Assembly (NCBI GenBank): GCA_033551855.1
Contig: JAWSUI010000046.1
Span: 1-29,038 of the forward strand
Direction: 5' to 3'
DNA: 29,038 nt
DNA from: Deferrisomatales bacterium
Lineage (GTDB): Bacteria; Desulfobacterota; Deferrisomatia; Deferrisomatales; JACRMM01
Both the position numbers and the translations under genes were made by a program. Below the pieces are notes generated by a model. It was not told the origin of the DNA, made no database searches, and was given only the letters and a program-made list of their open reading frames with translations. This document shows positions 22,795 through 29,038 of the stretch, piece after piece. Numbering within the stretch: the stretch's first letter is position 1; the number at the start of each line of letters is the position of its first letter.

Positions 22795-24762
22795 ATGATT
22801 CGAGCCATTTCCTGCGCCGTGTTCCTCGGCCTGCTCCTGTCCGCCGCCGTCGCAGCGCCCGGGGCCGTCGCGGCCGCCCCTGAACCCGTGCGTGTCCATT
22901 TCTTCTGGGCGTTCGGTTGCCCCTACTGCGAGCAGGAAAAGGTCTTTCTGGACGACCTGCTCCAGCGGCACACCTCCGCCGTGGAGATCGTCGGCTACGA
23001 AATCTCCCGGGATCCGGACAACCAGCGGCTGCTGCAGGACATGGGCGCGGCCCACGGCTTCACCCCGACCACGATACCGGTCACCTTCATCGGCGGCGCC
23101 TACTGGCAGGGGTACCGCCCGTCGTTGGCCGGGGAGATGGAGGCGCACGTCCTGCGCTGCCTCGGGGGCGAGTGCCCGGACGTCGGGGGAGAGGTGCTCG
23201 CCCGCCGCGCCCCGGGGGGAGGAGCGCTCGCGTCGCCGGGGGACCCGGGCGGGGAAGGGGCCCCTCCCGTTGCCGGGGGAGCCCGGGGCAACGCGACCAT
23301 CGACGTGCCCTTTTGGGGTACGTTCGACCTCGGTGCCGGCTCGCTGGTCTACGCCACGGCCGTGATCGCCTTCGTGGACGGGTTCAACCCCTGCTCCCTG
23401 TGGGTGCTCTCGATGCTGCTGGCCATCGTGATCCACACGAGCTCCCGAAGGAAGATCTTCATCGTGGGGGGGACCTTCCTCCTGGTCACCGCGACCGTCT
23501 ACGGGGCCTTCGTCGCGGGGATGTTCAACGTGCTCGCGTACCTCATGTACATCGGTTGGGTGACGTACCTCGTGGCGGCGATCGCCATCGCGTTCGCCGC
23601 GATCAACATCAAGGACTACTTCTTCTTCCGGCAGGGCGTCTCCCTGACGATCTCCGACAAGCACAAGCCGGGGATCTTCAAGCAGATGCGGGGGACGGTC
23701 GCGGGGGACAAGTCCGTCCTGGCCATGATCGGGACCACCGCCGTCATGGCAGCGGGCATCACCGTCATCGAGCTTCCGTGCACGGCCGGCTTCCCCCTGG
23801 TCTGGAGCGGCCTCGTGGCTTCCCATCAGGTGGGGCTCGTGTCGTTCGCCGCGCTCCTCGTGCTCTACATCGCGGTCTACCTCTCGGTGGAGATCGTGAT
23901 CTTCGCGGCGGCGCTCACCACCCTGAAGATGGGCAAGCTCCAGGAAGCGCAAGGGCGCGTGCTCAAGCTCGTCGGCGGCACCGTCATGCTGTTCCTGGGG
24001 ATTGCGCTCGTCGCCGACAAGGAGATCCTGTCGAGCCTGTCGGGGACTCTGTTGGTCTTCGGGCTCGCAGCCGGCACCTCGCTGCTCGTCCTGGTGCTGC
24101 ACCGCCTCGTGCTGCCCCGCTGGGGCGTCTTCCTGGGAAGCGAGAAGCCGGCGGCGGACGTCGGGCCGAAGCCCGGGGAAGGGCGACGGGGATTCGCGCT
24201 GCTGCGCGCACCCAAGGCGGTGGCCCTCGCCCTGGCGGCCCTGGTACTGCTGGGCCTGGCCTACTTCCCGGCCCTCCTGGGAGCCCGCCCGGACCCCGAG
24301 GCGAAACCCCTTCACGAGGGGACGGCGGCGACCCGGGTGGGAAACCGCAGCCTGGAGACCGAGTTGACGCTGGTCTTCTCTCCGGAAGACCCCGCCGGCA
24401 ACGAAGTGCTGGCGGCGCTGCTGGCCCACCCCGGCTGCACCGTGCACCTGAACCCCACCGGGCCGGTGGCGTCCCCGGCGTCCGCCGCGTGGGCGGGGCT
24501 CCCCAGGAGGGACTACGATCCCCTGGTCAACGCCTCCGTCGCGCGCCTCTTCGGTTTCGGCAACCTGCCCATCCTCATCGTGACCACCGGGGACGAGCGG
24601 CAGATCCTCGGCGAGCCCTCCAGGATCGTCTCGACGATCAGCAGCTTGTGCAGGGCCCCCGAAACCCCCCTGCCTTCGCTGGCGCCCACCTGGGGGTCCG
24701 GCAGCCTCCTGCTGCCCCCGGAGCCCGGTTGCGGGATCGCGGCGGAGTCGGATTGCGACTGA
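22795..24762 (+). CDS. Exported glutaredoxin/thioredoxin domain fused to a CcdA-like membrane domain and a C-terminal degenerate thioredoxin-like domain
   Basis: Signal peptide from MIRAISCAV, FFWAFGCPYC, IPVTFIGG, membrane region with DGFNPCSLWVL and IELPCTAGFP, then an extra TM and a C-terminal domain. The true start is likely 22795 within ORF 21181..24762. Confidence 0.8.
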   Translation: MIRAISCAVFLGLLLSAAVAAPGAVAAAPEPVRVHFFWAFGCPYCEQEKVFLDDLLQRHTSAVEIVGYEISRDPDNQRLLQDMGAAHGFTPTTIPVTFIGGAYWQGYRPSLAGEMEAHVLRCLGGECPDVGGEVLARRAPGGGALASPGDPGGEGAPPVAGGARGNATIDVPFWGTFDLGAGSLVYATAVIAFVDGFNPCSLWVLSMLLAIVIHTSSRRKIFIVGGTFLLVTATVYGAFVAGMFNVLAYLMYIGWVTYLVAAIAIAFAAINIKDYFFFRQGVSLTISDKHKPGIFKQMRGTVAGDKSVLAMIGTTAVMAAGITVIELPCTAGFPLVWSGLVASHQVGLVSFAALLVLYIAVYLSVEIVIFAAALTTLKMGKLQEAQGRVLKLVGGTVMLFLGIALVADKEILSSLSGTLLVFGLAAGTSLLVLVLHRLVLPRWGVFLGSEKPAADVGPKPGEGRRGFALLRAPKAVALALAALVLLGLAYFPALLGARPDPEAKPLHEGTAATRVGNRSLETELTLVFSPEDPAGNEVLAALLAHPGCTVHLNPTGPVASPASAAWAGLPRRDYDPLVNASVARLFGFGNLPILIVTTGDERQILGEPSRIVSTISSLCRAPETPLPSLAPTWGSGSLLLPPEPGCGIAAESDCD

Positions 24763-24843
24763 CGGGGATGAAACCGCCGCTCCACCGGCGGCGGCCCGGA
24801 CTGCGCAAGTCGTGTGCTTCGCCGAAGCACCCGGTCAGCGGCC

Positions 24844-25833
24844 TCAGGTGGCGCCCGGGGCGTGGGGCGCCGCGGCGGTATCCGGGCTCGCCGACGGCGA
24901 GCCGCCGGGACCCCTCATCCTCTCGAACATGAGCCGGGTCTTGTAGGCTACCACGCTCATCGAGATGGCTGCCGCCGCATCCATCTCGTCGTCGCTTGCG
25001 CCGTTCTCCCTCGCGACCGCGAGGCTCCAGTCGGTTCAGAGCTCGCAGCCGCCGGCGAGGGAAGCGGCCAGGAACAGAAGCCCCTTGGTCTTCCCGTCGA
25101 GCACCGCGCTCTGGTGGGTGGCGTCGAAGAACTCCTGGAATTTGTCCATGGGCCGGACCATGCGTTCCTCCTCTGAAGATCGGGAAACCACGTTCCCGCT
25201 GCGCCGCAGGGCCACCAGGTAGAGGTCTCGCGGCAGGCTCCCCTCCGCCGCGCGATCGATGGCCAGGACCTCGTAGCCCCGCGCGAGTCGGCGGATCCTC
25301 TCCTCGCTGAAGAAGTGGACGACGAACCCGCCCACCTCGTAGAGATCCTCCCGGAGGTGGGTTCCCGCCCGGTAGTGCTTGTCGAAACGGCTCCGCACCG
25401 AGTACAGGTTGAGTCCCCCCGGACGAAGGACGCGGCGGATCTCGCCGAGGAGGAAGGCAACCTCCTCCGTGCCGAGCTCCATGCAGAGAAGCATGTGGGA
25501 AAAGCAGCCGTCGAAGGAGCCGTCCGGGAAGGGAAGGGGCTGCCGAAGGTCCTGGACGTGCGCGGACACGAGTTCGGAAACCCCGCCCCGCTTCGCCGCC
25601 TCCGTGACCTCCTCGACCGCCCTGGGCGAGTAGTCGAGCGCGGTGACCCGCATCCCGGCGTTCGCGAAAAGAAGGGTGTCCCGCCCCTGGCCGCAGCCGA
25701 GCTCGAGAACGTCCCGAACCCCGGCGTCCCGGAAGCGCTCCAGGGCGAGCTTGGCGAAGTCGCTCGGGCCCTCCCCGAAGAAACTCGGGCTCGCCGTGTA
25801 GACCTCGGTCCAGTGGGTCCGCTGGTCTGCCAT
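24844..25833 (-). CDS. Class I SAM-dependent methyltransferase fused to a CMD/AhpD-like selenoprotein domain (CxxU, Sec266; 329 aa with read-through)
   Basis: Methyltransferase motifs VLELGCGQGRD, ALDYS, LPFPDGSFD, RVLRPGG. These are followed by AVLDGKTKGLLFLAASLAGGCEL-TGA(25038-25036)-TDWSLAVARENGASDDEMDAAAAISMSV.., which completes the CMD fold. Next stop at 24846-24844. Confidence 0.85.
25009..25038 (-). promoter_or_regulatory. Bacterial SECIS element
   Basis: UGA, exactly 11 nt (ACCGACUGGAG), then CCUCGC-GGUC-GCGAGG. Same spacing and GGUC loop as the E. coli fdhF SECIS. Confidence 0.8.
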
Positions 25834-25857
25834 GGGTTCCTCCGGCGGGTCAAGGAA

Positions 25858-25983
25858 TCACAGGAGGGTGCGCCTGATCTCTTCGAATTCTTCCTTCGAG
25901 ATCTAGCCCTTGGCGTAGCGCCGCTTGGCGATGTCCAGGGGCGATCTGGCGTGTGCCGTTCCGCCGCCCGGCGAGCAGGGCAT
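25858..25983 (-). pseudogene. SHOCT-domain gene remnant with nonsense codon
   Basis: SPLDIAKRRYAKG-TAG(25905-25903)-ISKEEFEEIRRTLL-stop. The TAG sits at the conserved Glu of RYAKGEI, and no N-terminal TM segment is present in frame. Confidence 0.7.
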
Positions 25984-26270
25984 CCCGGCCCGTCCACGGT
26001 CTCACCCCGGGGAGTGGTTTCTCGTGGGCAGCACGGTCCTGCGGACACGAACGAATGTACCGGTGAGCGGACGGCAGGTCAAAGCCGGGTCCCGGTGTGG
26101 GGGCGGCGGCCTCGTGGAACGGTTTTCCTTCCGCAGGCCCCTTCCTTGACGGGTGCCCGTTCCCGGGCTGTACTGGGCCCGGTATGGTCTCTTCTGCCCG
26201 TTGAGCGACCCCGGGCGAGAGGCGGGAAACAGAGTGGGGACCGTGCCCCGCCGGACGAAAGGAGCACGCC

Positions 26271-27902
26271 GTGGCCAACAGCATCGTGAACGTGCCCCAA
26301 CCCCGCAACGAACCCACGCTCTCCTACGCCCCCGGTTCGCCGGAGCGGGCCGACCTGAAGGGGCGGCTCACCGAGATGGGGGGGCAGGAGGTCGACATTC
26401 CGCTCGTCATCGGCGGCCGCGAGGTCCGCACCGGGCGGCTGTCGGACTGCCGGGTGCCCCACCGGCACCGGCAGCGGCTGGGGGTGGTGCACCAGGCGTC
26501 GGCCCAGGACGTGAACGCCGCCGTCGAGGCGGCCCTGGCAGCCCGCCGCGAGTGGGCGGGGATGGCCTGGTACGACCGGGCGGCCATCTTTCTCAAGGCC
26601 GCGGACCTCCTGGCGGGCCCCTGGCGGCAGCGCCTGAACGGGTCCACGATGCTGGGCCAGAGCAAGACCCCCTTCCAGGCCGAGATCGACGCCGCCTGCG
26701 AGCTCATCGACTTCTGGCGGTTCAACGCCTACTTCATGCAGGAGATGTTCGCCCACCAGCCCCGGTCCGCGCCGGGCATCTGGGACCGGATCGAGCACCG
26801 GGCCCTGGAGGGGTTCGTGCTCGCCGTGACCCCGTTCAACTTCACGTCCATCGCGGGCAACCTGCCCACCGCGCCGGCCCTGTTCGGCAACGTGGTGGTG
26901 TGGAAGCCTTCCCCCAAGGCGATGCTCTCCGCCCACTACCTGATGGAGCTCCTGCGGGCGGCGGGTCTGCCGCCCGGCGTCGTGAACTTCGTGCCCGGGC
27001 CGGCGGAGGAGGTGGTCGGGGCCGCCCTGGACCGTCCCGAGCTCGCGGGGGTCCACTACACCGGGAGCACGGCGGTGTTCCGGGGCCTCTGGCGCAAAGT
27101 CGGGGAGAACATCGGGCGATACCGGACGTATCCCCGGCTCGTGGGGGAGACGGGCGGCAAGGACTTCGTGTTCGCCCACGCCTCCGCCGACGTCGAGGCC
27201 CTGGTCACGGCCCTGGTCCGAGGCGCCTTTGAGCTCCAGGGTCAGAAGTGCTCGGCCGCCTCCCGCGCCTACGTGCCCGAGAGCCTGTGGCCGGAGGTGC
27301 AGCGCCGGCTTCTGGAGGAGGTCGGGCGCATCCGGATGGGCGACGTCGCCGACTTCCGAACCTTCATGGGCGCGCTGATCGACGCCGAGGCCTTCGCCAA
27401 GGTCAAGGGCTACCTGGACCACGCCGCGGCGTCGGACGACCTGACGATTCTGGTCGGAGGGGGGTGCGACGACAGGGAGGGGTACTTCGTGGAGCCCACG
27501 GTCGTGCTCTCGGGGAGCCCCCGCTCCCGGCTCATGGAGGAGGAGATCTTCGGGCCGGTCCTCACGGTCTACGTGTACGGCGACCGGGAGCTCGACCAGG
27601 CGGTCGAGCTGTGCGACACGACGTCCCCCTACGCCCTGACGGGGTCCCTCTTCGCCTCGGACCGCCGGGTGATCGCCGACCTCTCCCGCAGGCTCCGGGA
27701 CGCGGCCGGGAACTTCTACATCAACGACAAGCCCACGGGGGCCGTGGTGGGGCAGCAGCCGTTCGGGGGCTCGCGGGCCTCGGGAACCAACGACAAGGCC
27801 GGCAGCATCCTGAACCTGCAGCGGTGGGTCTCCCAGCGGACGATCAAGGAGACCTTCTGCCCCCCGACCCGGTTCGAGTACCCACACATGGCGGAGGCCT
27901 GA
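26271..27902 (+). CDS. pruA: L-glutamate gamma-semialdehyde (delta-1-pyrroline-5-carboxylate) dehydrogenase
   Basis: NEPTLSYAPGSPER, EIDAACELIDFWRFN, TPFNFTSI, GETGGKDF, GQKCSA, EEIFGP, GNFYINDKPTGAVVGQQPFGG. Confidence 0.96.
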   Translation: MANSIVNVPQPRNEPTLSYAPGSPERADLKGRLTEMGGQEVDIPLVIGGREVRTGRLSDCRVPHRHRQRLGVVHQASAQDVNAAVEAALAARREWAGMAWYDRAAIFLKAADLLAGPWRQRLNGSTMLGQSKTPFQAEIDAACELIDFWRFNAYFMQEMFAHQPRSAPGIWDRIEHRALEGFVLAVTPFNFTSIAGNLPTAPALFGNVVVWKPSPKAMLSAHYLMELLRAAGLPPGVVNFVPGPAEEVVGAALDRPELAGVHYTGSTAVFRGLWRKVGENIGRYRTYPRLVGETGGKDFVFAHASADVEALVTALVRGAFELQGQKCSAASRAYVPESLWPEVQRRLLEEVGRIRMGDVADFRTFMGALIDAEAFAKVKGYLDHAAASDDLTILVGGGCDDREGYFVEPTVVLSGSPRSRLMEEEIFGPVLTVYVYGDRELDQAVELCDTTSPYALTGSLFASDRRVIADLSRRLRDAAGNFYINDKPTGAVVGQQPFGGSRASGTNDKAGSILNLQRWVSQRTIKETFCPPTRFEYPHMAEA

Positions 27903-27954
27903 GGGCGGTATTGGGGCCCGCGCACACGGGGGACGAGCCTCGACGGTCGGGCCC

Positions 27955-28269
27955 TCAGGACCGGAAGAGGGCGGTGTCGAGGAGGCGTGCTCCGTGCACC
28001 ACGCGCAGGATGACCACCTTGGGGCCGGCGACGCGAAAGACGGTGCGGTAGGAGCCGTGGGTCAGGTGACGGTAGGGGGTTCCGAGCACTTCGTTCTCGG
28101 GGATGCGCGGGCAGCGCTCCGGGTGCCGTTCGAGGGAAGCGATCTGTTCCTCCAGCGCGAGAACGAAGGCCGTGGCCTGCTCGGGACTGTCCTGGGCTAT
28201 GTAGTCCCAGATCTCGGCGATGTCGGCCTCGGCCGTGGGCGTGATGTGGACCTCAAAGGTCGCGGGCAC
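27955..28269 (-). CDS. Type II TA toxin, RelE/ParE family
   Basis: VHITPTAEADIAEIWDYIAQDSPEQA..YRHL..YRTVFRV..VVILRVVHGAR. Confidence 0.9.
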   Translation of the reverse strand: MPATFEVHITPTAEADIAEIWDYIAQDSPEQATAFVLALEEQIASLERHPERCPRIPENEVLGTPYRHLTHGSYRTVFRVAGPKVVILRVVHGARLLDTALFRS

Positions 28270-28525
28270 GCCGGAACTCGCTTAGGAACTCGCGGGCGGG
28301 CCGGCTGCGTCCCTCTGCCGCTTCGGCCTCGGCGGGGGCCAACAACCGCACGAGGTTCGCCGCCTGCAGATGCTTCTGGTAGACGGCCGCATCCAGGATG
28401 ACGGAGTCGGGCCGGCCGTTCACCGTGAGCACAACGGGGCGCCCGGTGGCGTGGACGTGGTCGAGGATTTCGCGGGTATGGCGCTTGAGGTCGGTCACAG
28501 AGCGGATGTCTTCGGTAACGTTCAT
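28253..28525 (-). CDS. Type II TA antitoxin, Phd/YefM family
   Basis: IRSVTDLKRHTREILDHVHATGRPVVLTVNGRP. GGGAG RBS; overlaps the toxin start. Confidence 0.9.
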   Translation of the reverse strand: MNVTEDIRSVTDLKRHTREILDHVHATGRPVVLTVNGRPDSVILDAAVYQKHLQAANLVRLLAPAEAEAAEGRSRPAREFLSEFRRARDL

Positions 28526-28656
28526 CTGGGCACTCCCTATGATGCCTCATTTGGTGCTCAGTCTGGCTCAGAGACGTTCTTGGTGTCAAGTGCGGCCCCG
28601 GCGGCGAGCCGTTCAAGCGGTGAGCTTCCCTCGGCCATCTCTCCGGCGGGAGGCGA

Positions 28657-29038
28657 TTACCGGATCTTTCGGACAATGCGGGTGCCGGCGCGGCCCTGCA
28701 TGGCCTCGACGGCGAGCTCGGGGCTGGTGATGACCACTTCGCGGCCGCCGCCTTCGAGGAACTCGAGGGCGGCGTCGATCTTGGGGCCCATGCTGCCGGG
28801 GGGAAAGTGGCCCCGGGCCCGGTGCTCCCGGAGCTCGGCGGGCCCGACCTCATCCAGGCCGCGCTGGTGGGGGGTGCCGAAGTCCAGGTAGACCCGGTCC
28901 ACGTCGGTGAGGATGAGGACCGCCTCGGCGCCGAGCTCTTGGGCGAGCACGGCGGTGGCGAGGTCCTTGTCCACCACGGCCTCCACCCCCCGGAGCTCTC
29001 CCCCGGGCCCCTCCGCCACCGGCACCCCCCCGCCCCCC
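28657..29038 (-). CDS. arcC: Carbamate kinase, C-terminal part (runs off the window)
   Basis: GGGGVPV..GVEAVVDKDLA..LILTDVDRVYLDFG..GHFPPGSMGPKIDAALEF. Confidence 0.92.
   Translation of the reverse strand, partial: GGGGVPVAEGPGGELRGVEAVVDKDLATAVLAQELGAEAVLILTDVDRVYLDFGTPHQRGLDEVGPAELREHRARGHFPPGSMGPKIDAALEFLEGGGREVVITSPELAVEAMQGRAGTRIVRKIR

Noticed and set aside
21181..24762. 1193-aa ORF as one giant protein
   Set aside because: The N-terminal half overlaps the small membrane gene and usp in other frames and is low-complexity. A signal peptide starts at 22795.
24760..24794. Possible Sec read-through at the end of the Grx-CcdA gene (..DCD-TGA) followed by a hairpin
   Set aside because: Another TGA follows after two codons. 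The CCGCCGC/GCGGCGG hairpin loop lacks the 5' G/GU, and it lies between convergent genes, so it is more likely a terminator.
24844..25833. Calling the methyltransferase ArsM
   Set aside because: The ArsM-type conserved cysteine pattern is not recognisable, so the substrate cannot be assigned from sequence.
25903..25905. In-frame TAG in the SHOCT remnant as pyrrolysine
   Set aside because: The position is a conserved structural Glu one substitution from GAG, the gene is otherwise truncated, and no pyl genes are in view.

Overview
GC-rich bacterial window. Gene content suggests an anaerobic deltaproteobacterium-like organism, which is inference only. It is dominated by metal/metalloid and thiol-redox genes, in this order. 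(1) A minus-strand Mo/W module: a mobA-mobB fusion, a Cys-less CMD protein, a PadR-TOBE regulator and modABC. (2) An AbiE type IV toxin-antitoxin pair. (3) An extended arsenic-resistance operon: arsR-arsC-acr3-usp-radical SAM/SPASM-arsD::CMD-arsA, plus a frameshifted UGA-containing gene. (4) A divergent ArsR-led redox/permease operon: two thioredoxin-fold proteins, a small protein, a DUF318/ArsP permease, CcdA, DUF2703 and an MTH895-like redoxin. (5) vapBC. (6) An operon of small UGA-containing protein, nifS/iscS, Fe-S protein, small membrane protein and usp. (7) A glutaredoxin-CcdA membrane fusion. (8) A methyltransferase::CMD fusion. (9) pruA, a phd-parE pair and a partial carbamate kinase. 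The main hidden signal is three genes that the ORF track misses or truncates because each has an in-frame UGA followed by a bacterial SECIS-like hairpin (TGA at 7524-7526, 19330-19332 and 25036-25038). These are candidate selenoproteins within an arsenic/Mo-W/thiol-redox island. A PadR-TOBE fusion with a palindromic operator over its own promoter is a candidate new molybdate/tungstate regulator. No sel machinery genes lie in the window. Family assignments come from motif recognition, not database searches.
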